Assembly: GCA_945872435.1 (NCBI GenBank)
Contig: CAMBYP010000002.1
Coordinates: 1-58,754 of the forward strand
Reading direction: 5' to 3'
DNA length: 58,754 nt
Source of the DNA: an uncultured Mycoplasmatota bacterium
GTDB taxonomy: Bacteria > Bacillota_I > Bacilli_A > RF39 > UBA660
This document shows positions 35,716 to 43,982 of the stretch, piece by piece. Below the pieces are notes generated by a model that searched no databases, was not told the origin of the DNA, and saw only the letters and a list, made by a program, of their open reading frames with translations. How positions within the stretch are numbered: the first letter of the stretch is position 1; each line of letters opens with the position of its first letter. The translations under genes were made by a program, and so were the position numbers.

Positions 35716-35835
35716 AAGACTTAAATATTCCAATTATTGGTATCAATAGAAAATATATTAATAAATCTTTTAATCAATTGAAAACATTGATTAACAATGA
35801 AGTGGTAAAATAATTATGAAAGGATAGTGACAAGT

Positions 35836-36222
35836 ATGATTGTTATAAATGATGTAAAATATGAACATTGTAAATATGAAGTAAATTACGGTAATTATCT
35901 TAATTCTTCAGAACAAAAAAAGGAAACTGGAGTTTCACCAGTGATATATTTTTATTTAGAAAATGGAGATATGATTGAAATTGAAACAATTTATGATATT
36001 CAGTGGATAAAAAAAATGATGAATCACAAACAACAAGACATTACAAAATATATATCAGATTTTCTTTATCGTTGTGACGGCAAATGTTCTTTTTTGATTG
36101 ATGGAAAATATCACTGTGATTTATCTAAAAATGAAGATAATACTTATCAATTAAATATGGAATGCAATACAGAACAATTTCATATTAAAATTGATGAAAA
36201 AATAAAAATGGAGCATGAATAG
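35836..36222 (+). CDS. hypothetical small cytosolic protein
   Basis: ORF with an ATG at 35836 behind AAAGGA; several Cys; no recognised family. Confidence 0.55.
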   Translation: MIVINDVKYEHCKYEVNYGNYLNSSEQKKETGVSPVIYFYLENGDMIEIETIYDIQWIKKMMNHKQQDITKYISDFLYRCDGKCSFLIDGKYHCDLSKNEDNTYQLNMECNTEQFHIKIDEKIKMEHE

Positions 36223-36486
36223 ATGATGAGAACAATTAAAAAGAATTCAATTTATAGACATTTTAAAGGAGATTATTATTTTGTAGTAGATATTGCGAAA
36301 AATTCGGAAACAAGTGAAGAATATGTGATATATCGAAGTTTGTATGGAAACTGTGATTTATGGGTAAGACCTGTGGAAATGTTTTTAAGTGAAGTTGATC
36401 ATCAAAAATATCCACAAGTAAAACAAAAATATCGTTTTGAATTGCAAGAAATTAGTAGTCTAACAAATCATTTTATGGGAAAATAA
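36223..36486 (+). CDS. DUF1653 domain protein
   Basis: YRHFKGDYYFVVDIAKNSETSEEYVIYRSLYG...LWVRPVEMF matches the DUF1653 signature as I remember it. Confidence 0.6.
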   Translation: MMRTIKKNSIYRHFKGDYYFVVDIAKNSETSEEYVIYRSLYGNCDLWVRPVEMFLSEVDHQKYPQVKQKYRFELQEISSLTNHFMGK

Positions 36487-36520
36487 AAAAATTCTATCAT
36501 TTTGATAGAATTATTTTTTT
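36484..36520. terminator. bidirectional terminator
   Basis: AATTCTATCA...TGATAGAATT 10-bp stem between an A run and a T run. Confidence 0.8.
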
Positions 36521-37197
36521 GTAAGTTTTTCATTTACTTTATTTTTTACTTTTGTGATGATAACTTGAAAGTTAGGGAAAGCTTTAACTATACGTCTATT
36601 TAAGTAAGTACTATGTTTTAATTTTTCTTTAACATAATTAGATATTTCTTTTGTGTTATCTTTTAATTCTAATTTAATTTTAGAAGAAATATGAAATAGA
36701 GTATGGAAAGATATAAAATTATCAATAAGATATAAGATAAATAAAAGTATAGTTATAATATATAATATCGTATTAGGAATACGAGTATAGAATTGATATA
36801 AAACAGGTTGAATTCCATAAATTACAATACAAGCGAGGACGCCAAAAGGAATCATTGTTTCTAAACAAATACGACCATTTAAATTGAATTTTTTTTCACT
36901 ATAATCCCACCATCTAGCATGGAATAATTTTTCCATGATATAACTTGTCATATATTCTAAAATAGAACAAATAACAATTGCTTTTAAAAATAAGCCAATC
37001 ATATCGTTTTTATTAGAATTTAAAGTTAAAATAATGATTAAAGAGCCCCATCCATAAATAGGACAATAAGGTCCAATTAAAAATCCTCTATTAATAAATT
37101 TTTTATTTTGTACCATTGTGACAATTACTTCCATCAACCATCCTAAAAAAGAATATGAAAGAAAAAATAAAAAATATAAACAACATACTTCAAACAT
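36511..37197 (-). CDS. polytopic membrane protein, CmpB / putative ABC-transporter type IV family (paralog 2)
   Basis: FLGWLMEVI...NRGFLIGPYCPIYGWG...LEYMTSYIMEKLFHARWWDYS...NGRICLETMIPFG. Start set at MFEVCC behind GGAAGGTGG. Confidence 0.7.
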   Translation of the reverse strand: MFEVCCLYFLFFLSYSFLGWLMEVIVTMVQNKKFINRGFLIGPYCPIYGWGSLIIILTLNSNKNDMIGLFLKAIVICSILEYMTSYIMEKLFHARWWDYSEKKFNLNGRICLETMIPFGVLACIVIYGIQPVLYQFYTRIPNTILYIITILLFILYLIDNFISFHTLFHISSKIKLELKDNTKEISNYVKEKLKHSTYLNRRIVKAFPNFQVIITKVKNKVNEKLTKK

Positions 37198-37271
37198 GAT
37201 ATAACCACCTTCCATGATATACATTATAACACATTAATATGTTATAATAAATAAGAGAAAGAAGGAAAATT

Positions 37272-37637
37272 ATGCAGTTCATAGAATATCCAAAATGTTC
37301 AACATGTAAACGTGCTAAAAAATGGTTAATAGAAAATAAAATAAATTTTATTGATCGAGATATTACAACAGAGACTCCAACTAAAGAAGAATTAAAAAAC
37401 TATTTGAAAACAAGTGGATATCCGATAAAAAAATTTTTTAACACCAGTGGTAATTTATATAAACAATTTTCTTTAAAAGATCGTTTAGAAACAATGAGTG
37501 ATGATGAAAAATTAGACTTATTAAGTAAGCATGGAATGTTGATTAAAAGACCATTATTAGTATCTAATAGTTTTATATTAATTGGTTTTAAAGAGAAGGA
37601 ATGGAATGAAAGATTATGTCAAAACAATATGAAGTAA
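37272..37637 (+). CDS. ArsC/Spx-superfamily thioredoxin-fold protein (YusI/YffB-like)
   Basis: MQFIEYPKCSTCKRAKKWL...; 121 aa; typical ArsC-family layout. Confidence 0.75.
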   Translation: MQFIEYPKCSTCKRAKKWLIENKINFIDRDITTETPTKEELKNYLKTSGYPIKKFFNTSGNLYKQFSLKDRLETMSDDEKLDLLSKHGMLIKRPLLVSNSFILIGFKEKEWNERLCQNNMK

Positions 37638-38461
37638 AAAAGGAAATAATTTTAAAAGATTTTTTGAATCAATATATGTCTGAATATTCAAAACATAAGA
37701 AAAAATCATTACTAACAAATGGAATTATATTAGTAAATGGTAAAGTTAAGACACAGTATAATTATTTATTAAAAAAGGGAGATATTATTTCTTTAAAAGA
37801 GAAAACAATTCCTACTACTTTAGATATATTATATGAAGATAATGATATTATTGTAGTTAATAAAGAAGCAGGTATATTGACAATTGGAACAGACAAACAT
37901 GAAGAAAATACATTATATAAAGAAGTATCTCGCTATGTAAAAATGAAAAAAGCAAGTAATCGTATTTTTATTGTTCACCGTTTAGATAAAGATACCTCTG
38001 GTGTTATTTTATTTTGTAAAGATCAAAAACTAAAAAGACAATTTCAAGATCATTGGAATGAATTGGTTCAAAAAAGAGAATATATAGGAATTACAGAAAA
38101 TATACCAAAACAAAAAAAAGGAACTGTAATTCAATATTTAAAAGAAAATGAAAAATATATGGTATATGCGACTAATGATGAAGGTGGTAAAAAAGCAATT
38201 ACTCATTATGAAGTACTAAAAAGTAATGGAAAATATGCGCTTGTTCGTTTTGAATTAGAAACCGGTAGAAAAAATCAAATACGTGTTGCTTGTAAAAGTT
38301 TAGGTTGCCCTTTAGTAGGAGATAAAAAATATGGTGCAAAAGAAAATCCAATTCATCGTTTAGGATTGCATGCTTCTACTTTTGTTTGTATGCACCCTGT
38401 TACACATCAATTATTAAATTTTAATTGTAAAACTCCCAAAAGTTTTTATCATTTATTTTAA
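37616..38461 (+). CDS. RluA-family pseudouridine synthase
   Basis: S4-like N-terminus, HRLDKDTSGVILF catalytic motif, GRKNQIR. Confidence 0.88.
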   Translation: MSKQYEVKKEIILKDFLNQYMSEYSKHKKKSLLTNGIILVNGKVKTQYNYLLKKGDIISLKEKTIPTTLDILYEDNDIIVVNKEAGILTIGTDKHEENTLYKEVSRYVKMKKASNRIFIVHRLDKDTSGVILFCKDQKLKRQFQDHWNELVQKREYIGITENIPKQKKGTVIQYLKENEKYMVYATNDEGGKKAITHYEVLKSNGKYALVRFELETGRKNQIRVACKSLGCPLVGDKKYGAKENPIHRLGLHASTFVCMHPVTHQLLNFNCKTPKSFYHLF

Positions 38462-38464
38462 TTT

Positions 38465-38485
38465 GTAGTCTAATGACTACTTTTT
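38465..38485 (+). terminator. Rho-independent terminator
   Basis: GTAGTC-taat-GACTAC followed by T5. Confidence 0.75.
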
Positions 38486-38503
38486 ATTTTATGTCGATTA
38501 AAA

Positions 38504-38535
38504 TAGTTTAAAAATTAAAAAAAGTAGTTTAAAAA
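38504..38535 (+). repeat. 11-bp direct repeat TAGTTTAAAAA x2 with 21-bp period (candidate operator upstream of the clpC-like gene)
   Basis: Copies at 38504-38514 and 38525-38535. Confidence 0.35.
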
Positions 38536-38585
38536 GACAAAATATTTTCCATGATAGTCATAGAATTGTTATGAAAGGAGATTCT

Positions 38586-40886
38586 ATGTTTGGAAATTTT
38601 GAAGAAGATACAAGAAAAATATTAGTAAATGCAAAAGCAGAAATGAAAAATTTAAGACATCCTTATGTCGGTAGTGAACATTTGTTATTAGCTATTTTAA
38701 AAGATAAAAATGATATTAGTGATAAATTAAAAAGTTATCATGTTACTTATGAAAATGTAAAAGAAGAAATTATTAGGGTAGTAGGTGTAGGTAGTAAAGA
38801 AAGTGATTGGTTTTTATATACACCACTTTTGAAACGGGTGTTAGAACAAGCTGTGATTGATAGTAAAGAGAATAATCAAGGAATTGTTACCATTGAACAC
38901 CTCTTTTCTAGTTTATTAGAAGAAGGGGAAGGTGTTGCAATTCGTATTTTAATTGGTATGGATGTTGATATTGATGATTTATATCAAGAATTTTCTTATA
39001 AGTTAAATCCAAGTCATAAAAAAAGTAGTCATAAAAAATTATTGTTAGAAGAATTAGGTGTTGATTTAAATAAAAAAGCGTTAAATAAACAATTAGATCC
39101 AGTAATAGGAAGAGAAAAAGAACTGAAAAGGGTCTTAGAAATATTGACTCGTAAGAAGAAAAATAACCCAATTTTAGTTGGCTTGGCAGGAGTTGGTAAA
39201 ACTGCTATTGTAGAAGAATTAAGTTCTAGAATTGTTAGAGGAGAAGTTCCCATTTCTTTAAAGAATAAAAAAATTATTAGTCTTGATATGTCTGCACTAG
39301 TAGCAGGAACGAAATATCGTGGAGAATTTGAAGAAAGAATGAGAAAAATTTTAAATGAAATAGAAGAAAATGAAGATGTCATTTTGTTTATTGATGAAAT
39401 ACATACATTAGTGGGTGCTGGAGGAGCAGAAGGGGCAATTGATGCTTCTAATATTTTAAAACCAGCACTAGCTAGAGGAACACTTCATTTAATTGGTGCA
39501 ACAACAATGGAAGAATATAAAAAATATATTGAGAGTGATAGTGCTTTAGAAAGAAGATTTCAAAAAGTGTATGTAGAAGAACCAAATGAAGAAGAAACAT
39601 TAAATATATTAAAAAATATTAAATCTATTTATGAAAAATTTCACTGTGTCACGATTTCAGATGAATGTATGAGTGATATTGTAAAATTATCAAAAGAATA
39701 TATTTATGATCGGTTTGAGCCAGATAAGTCAATTGATATATTAGATGAAGTTTGTGCCAAAGTAAAATTAAAAGAAAGTAGGAAATTAAAAGAATATAAT
39801 GAGAAACACAACATGTTGCAAGACATTATTGAAAAAAAGAAAGAAGCAATCGTCAATCAAGACTTTAAATTAGCATCTAAATTAAAAACAAAAGAAAATC
39901 AATATATGAATGAATTGAATCATTTGGAACTATCTCTTTATCGTAAAGAAAAAAAAGTGGTGACAAAAGAAGATATTGCACAAGTGATTCATATGAAAAC
40001 TAAAATACCGGTATATGAGATTTTGAAAGAAAACAAAAAAATGATTGATTGTATTGAACAAAAACTGTCAAATCGTATTTTAGGAGAAGAAGAAGCAGTT
40101 CATTCTTTAATACAGATTGCTAAAAAGATAAAATTAGGATTTGCAAAAGATAAAAAATGTTATTCTATCTTATTTTGTGGCTCTACTGGTGTTGGAAAAA
40201 CGTGTTTAGCTCGTACTTTTGGTGAGTTATTAGTGGGAAAGGAAAATGTTATTAAATTAGATATGAGTGAATATAGTGAAGCTCATAGTGTGTCAAAATT
40301 GGTAGGTGCTCCTCCAGGATATGTAGGCTATCATGATCAAACAAATGTATTGGAAGAAATTAGAAATCATCCACATTCTGTTTTAATATTAGATGAAATA
40401 GAAAAAGCTCATCCAGATGTATTAAATTTGTTTTTACAAATATTAGAAGATTCACAAGTTAAAGATTCCAAGGGTCGTATGATTCGTTTTAATCATACAA
40501 TGATATTAATGACTTCAAATGTTGGTTTTCATCAAATTCATGTAGGTTTTCATGAAGAAACAAAAAAGAATATTCAAACAAGGTTGAAAGAATATTTTCA
40601 AATGCCATTTTTAAACCGTATCGATGATATCGTATTATTTAAACCATTAAAACAAGAAATTATAAAACAATTGATAGAAAAACATTTAACAAAATTAAAG
40701 GAAAAATATAAAAAACAAGGAATAAATATTAAAATTTCTAATGAAATAAAAGAAAAAATATTAAATGATTCAGAGTATCAAGAATATGGCGCAAGAAAAT
40801 TAGAAAAAGTGATTAATGATTTTTGTGAAAATCAAATTATTGATGAAATTTTAAATAATAAAAAAGAAATTATTTTAAAAATTTAA
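38586..40886 (+). CDS. clpC: ClpC-type class III AAA+ chaperone/ATPase
   Basis: Clp_N domain, two Walker A motifs (GLAGVGKTA, GSTGVGKTC), UVR-like linker. Start set at MFGNFEED behind AAAGGAGA. Confidence 0.85.
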   Translation: MFGNFEEDTRKILVNAKAEMKNLRHPYVGSEHLLLAILKDKNDISDKLKSYHVTYENVKEEIIRVVGVGSKESDWFLYTPLLKRVLEQAVIDSKENNQGIVTIEHLFSSLLEEGEGVAIRILIGMDVDIDDLYQEFSYKLNPSHKKSSHKKLLLEELGVDLNKKALNKQLDPVIGREKELKRVLEILTRKKKNNPILVGLAGVGKTAIVEELSSRIVRGEVPISLKNKKIISLDMSALVAGTKYRGEFEERMRKILNEIEENEDVILFIDEIHTLVGAGGAEGAIDASNILKPALARGTLHLIGATTMEEYKKYIESDSALERRFQKVYVEEPNEEETLNILKNIKSIYEKFHCVTISDECMSDIVKLSKEYIYDRFEPDKSIDILDEVCAKVKLKESRKLKEYNEKHNMLQDIIEKKKEAIVNQDFKLASKLKTKENQYMNELNHLELSLYRKEKKVVTKEDIAQVIHMKTKIPVYEILKENKKMIDCIEQKLSNRILGEEEAVHSLIQIAKKIKLGFAKDKKCYSILFCGSTGVGKTCLARTFGELLVGKENVIKLDMSEYSEAHSVSKLVGAPPGYVGYHDQTNVLEEIRNHPHSVLILDEIEKAHPDVLNLFLQILEDSQVKDSKGRMIRFNHTMILMTSNVGFHQIHVGFHEETKKNIQTRLKEYFQMPFLNRIDDIVLFKPLKQEIIKQLIEKHLTKLKEKYKKQGINIKISNEIKEKILNDSEYQEYGARKLEKVINDFCENQIIDEILNNKKEIILKI

Positions 40887-40940
40887 AAAAATGATTGCAC
40901 AAATTTTTGAACATGATATAATAAGATTTAAGGTGATTAT

Positions 40941-41489
40941 ATGGAAACAGTAAATTATCAAGAATCGATTGTAGAGATATTTGATAAAAAATTAAAACCG
41001 GGAGTAAATAAAATTTTACCAAATACATTTACTAATGATCAAAAAAAAGATCGTATCGAAGCAATGAGAGATTTTATGACGACTTTAACATATGATTACA
41101 ACGAAAAAGACGAAGTAGCATATGATGAAAATAAACATATGTTTAAAGTACCAAATAGTTTGAAATCAAATCCAGAAAATTCTAAATTTGATTTAGAACA
41201 TGATTTGGTGCAACTAACAATTACATCTATTTGCCCTGTAAGAGATCCGGAATTATCTCCATATTTGTCTTTGTATGCTGATTCTTTAGCAACCGTATTA
41301 GTAGGTAATACTACTTTAGAACAAAATGAACAAAAATATAGTTCTATTAATATGTTAGGTATGGAAGGAATCGATTTATTAACAGATATTTTTTATACTG
41401 GTAATATCGAAAAAGTAATACAGTTTAAGAATATGATTTCAAAAGATGCAGAAATGATTGATGTTGAAGAAGTAAAGACAAGAAGCTAA
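40941..41489 (+). CDS. hypothetical protein (182 aa)
   Basis: ORF behind RBS AAGGTGA, followed by a terminator; no recognised motif. Confidence 0.65.
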   Translation: METVNYQESIVEIFDKKLKPGVNKILPNTFTNDQKKDRIEAMRDFMTTLTYDYNEKDEVAYDENKHMFKVPNSLKSNPENSKFDLEHDLVQLTITSICPVRDPELSPYLSLYADSLATVLVGNTTLEQNEQKYSSINMLGMEGIDLLTDIFYTGNIEKVIQFKNMISKDAEMIDVEEVKTRS

Positions 41490-41501
41490 TGCTTCTTTTT
41501 T
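41481..41501 (+). terminator. Rho-independent terminator
   Basis: AGAAGC-taat-GCTTCT followed by T6; overlaps the stop codon. Confidence 0.75.
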
Positions 41502-41548
41502 ATTGGTAAAATATAAATTATGTGGTAAAATATAGCTGGTGATTATTT

Positions 41549-42976
41549 ATGGATAAATTAAGAACACGTTTTGCTCCAAGTCCAACTGGATTCATGCATA
41601 TTGGAAATTTGAGAAGTGCTATTTTTGGATATTTAATGGTAAAACATCAAAATGGTGATTTTATATTACGAATTGAAGATACTGATCAAACAAGAAAAGT
41701 AGAAGGTGCAGTAGATTTTATTTATAATACTTGTAAATTATGTGGAATTCATTTTGATGAAGGACCAAATAATGGAGGAGAATATGGTCCATATATTCAA
41801 AGTGAAAGACTTCCTTTATATAAAAAATATGCAGAAGAATTGGTAGAAAAAGGAGCAGCTTATTATTGTTTTTGTACAGAAGAAAGATTAAATAAACTTC
41901 GTAAAATTGCTGAAAGTGAAAAAAGAGCATTTCAATATGATGGACATTGTAAAAATTTAACGAAAGAAGAAATTGAAGAAAAATTAAAAGCAGGAGTTCC
42001 ATATGTAATTCGTCAAAAAATGCCAAAAGATGGAGTTAGTACATATGAAGATTTAGTATATGGAAAAATTAGTGTTGAAAATCGTATTTTAGAAGATCAA
42101 ATTTTATTAAAATCAGATGGATATCCTACTTATAATTTTGCTAATGTTGTAGATGATCATTTAATGCATATTAATGTAGTAGCACGTGGAAATGAATATG
42201 TAATGTCTACTCCTAAATATAATCTTTTATATGATGCTTTTGGATGGGAGAGACCTACTTATATTCATTTACCAATGGTACTTGGTGGAGATGGTCAAAA
42301 ATTAAGTAAACGTAATGGAGATGCTTCTTTTATGGATTTATATCATGAAGGATATTTGCCAGAAGCAATTGTTAATTATTTAGCACTCTTAGGATGGTCT
42401 CCAAATTCTAATCAAGAAATTTTTTCATTAGACGAATTGATTAAAGAATTTGATCCAAAAAGAATTAGTAAATCTCCTTCTATTTACGATGAAAAGAAAT
42501 TACAATGGGTAAATGCTCATTATATTAAAAAATTAGATGATGAAAGATTATTTGAAATTACCATTCCACATTTAAAGGAAGCATATGATTTAAGTCAACA
42601 TGACGATGCATGGGTAAAAGAATTAGTTTTACTTTATAAAGATCATATAAGTTATGGAAAAGAGATTGTATCTGTTACTGAAATGTTTTTCCATGACAAA
42701 TTAAAATTAAATGATGAATGTATAGATTTTATGAAAGATGAAAGTATTCCTAATACTTTAAAAGTATTTCAAGAAGAAATACAAAATATGAATGATTGGA
42801 CAGTAGAAAATATCAAAGAAGCAATTAATCATACCAAAGAAAAAGCTGGTGTAAAAGGTAAAATGCTATTTATGCCAATTCGTATTCAAATAACTGGTGT
42901 AATGCATGGACCAGAACTTCCAAATACAATCCATTTACTTGGAAAAGATACCGTGTTAAAAAGACTAGGAGAATAG
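41549..42976 (+). CDS. gltX: glutamyl-tRNA synthetase
   Basis: RFAPSPTGFMHIGNLRSA (HIGH) and KLSKR (KMSKS) motifs; 475 aa. Confidence 0.95.
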   Translation: MDKLRTRFAPSPTGFMHIGNLRSAIFGYLMVKHQNGDFILRIEDTDQTRKVEGAVDFIYNTCKLCGIHFDEGPNNGGEYGPYIQSERLPLYKKYAEELVEKGAAYYCFCTEERLNKLRKIAESEKRAFQYDGHCKNLTKEEIEEKLKAGVPYVIRQKMPKDGVSTYEDLVYGKISVENRILEDQILLKSDGYPTYNFANVVDDHLMHINVVARGNEYVMSTPKYNLLYDAFGWERPTYIHLPMVLGGDGQKLSKRNGDASFMDLYHEGYLPEAIVNYLALLGWSPNSNQEIFSLDELIKEFDPKRISKSPSIYDEKKLQWVNAHYIKKLDDERLFEITIPHLKEAYDLSQHDDAWVKELVLLYKDHISYGKEIVSVTEMFFHDKLKLNDECIDFMKDESIPNTLKVFQEEIQNMNDWTVENIKEAINHTKEKAGVKGKMLFMPIRIQITGVMHGPELPNTIHLLGKDTVLKRLGE

Positions 42977-43023
42977 AAATATTCTTCTTTTTTTTGCATA
43001 TAAATAGTTAGAAAGGAGAAGAT

Positions 43024-43950
43024 ATGAATTATATTGATGATTATTTTAAACAACTTGTAAATCACTTAAAAAAGAAAACCAAGGAAGAAATTTATGGAGA
43101 TATGGTATATCAGTATAAAAGATTAAATCAGAATATAAAAAATTCATTAGAAAATTATTTTGAAAAATTTCCCTATTGGGGAAGTTTAAATGAGTCAAAA
43201 GAAGATTTTGAACACATGAGACTGATTGCTGATTCATTAAAAGATCATTTAGATGATTTTATTCATTTATATTCTAAGTTAGGTGATTATCGTTCTAAGT
43301 TAGTATTGTATTCTATTATGAGTAATTGGTATCAATATGATTTTAAGATGCTAAATAGATCGATCGAAAAAAGTTATGGTCATTATTTTGATTTGGATTT
43401 AATAGAGCCAAATAGTGAAGAAGTGATTGTAGATTTAGGTGCATATACTGGGGATACAATTTTAGACTATATTTATACTTATGGTGAAAATAAATATCAA
43501 AAAATATATGCATATGATATTACGGAAGAAAGTTTAATAAAATTAAAGGAAAATGTAAGTCGTTATCCCAATATTATAGTAAAAAAAAGAGCAATTACAG
43601 ATAAAACGGGAATTACATATATTAAAAAAAGTGAAGTAGATAATTCGGCAAATATGACAATGGATCATGGTGATGATGAAGTATTAGAAACTACTTTAGA
43701 TGATGAAGTGAAAGAAAAAATAACTATGATTAAAATGGATATTGAGGGTGGAGAACAAAAAGCATTAAGAGGGGCAGAAGAACATATAAAAAAAGAGCAT
43801 CCGAAATTATTAATTTCTGTATATCATAATGTACGAGATATTTTTGAAATTCCAAAAATGATAGAACAAATGGATTCTAGTTATCAATTTTATCTTAGAA
43901 ATCATGGTGGGGGAGTATACCCAACAGAAATTGTTTTAATTGCAATTTAA
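43024..43950 (+). CDS. FkbM-family SAM-dependent methyltransferase
   Basis: VDLGAYTGDT and MIKMDIEGGEQKALRGA...PKLLISVYH match FkbM-domain hallmarks. Confidence 0.7.
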   Translation: MNYIDDYFKQLVNHLKKKTKEEIYGDMVYQYKRLNQNIKNSLENYFEKFPYWGSLNESKEDFEHMRLIADSLKDHLDDFIHLYSKLGDYRSKLVLYSIMSNWYQYDFKMLNRSIEKSYGHYFDLDLIEPNSEEVIVDLGAYTGDTILDYIYTYGENKYQKIYAYDITEESLIKLKENVSRYPNIIVKKRAITDKTGITYIKKSEVDNSANMTMDHGDDEVLETTLDDEVKEKITMIKMDIEGGEQKALRGAEEHIKKEHPKLLISVYHNVRDIFEIPKMIEQMDSSYQFYLRNHGGGVYPTEIVLIAI

Positions 43951-43982
43951 AAAACTTCTATATCATTTATAGAAGTTTTTAT
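43950..43982. terminator. bidirectional terminator
   Basis: AAAACTTCTATA...TATAGAAGTTTT 12-bp stem between convergent genes. Confidence 0.8.

Noticed and set aside
38504-38535. Direct repeat as a CtsR operator
   Set aside because: The CtsR consensus is a GGTCAAA-type heptad repeat, and TAGTTTAAAAA does not match it. I kept it only as an unassigned candidate operator.
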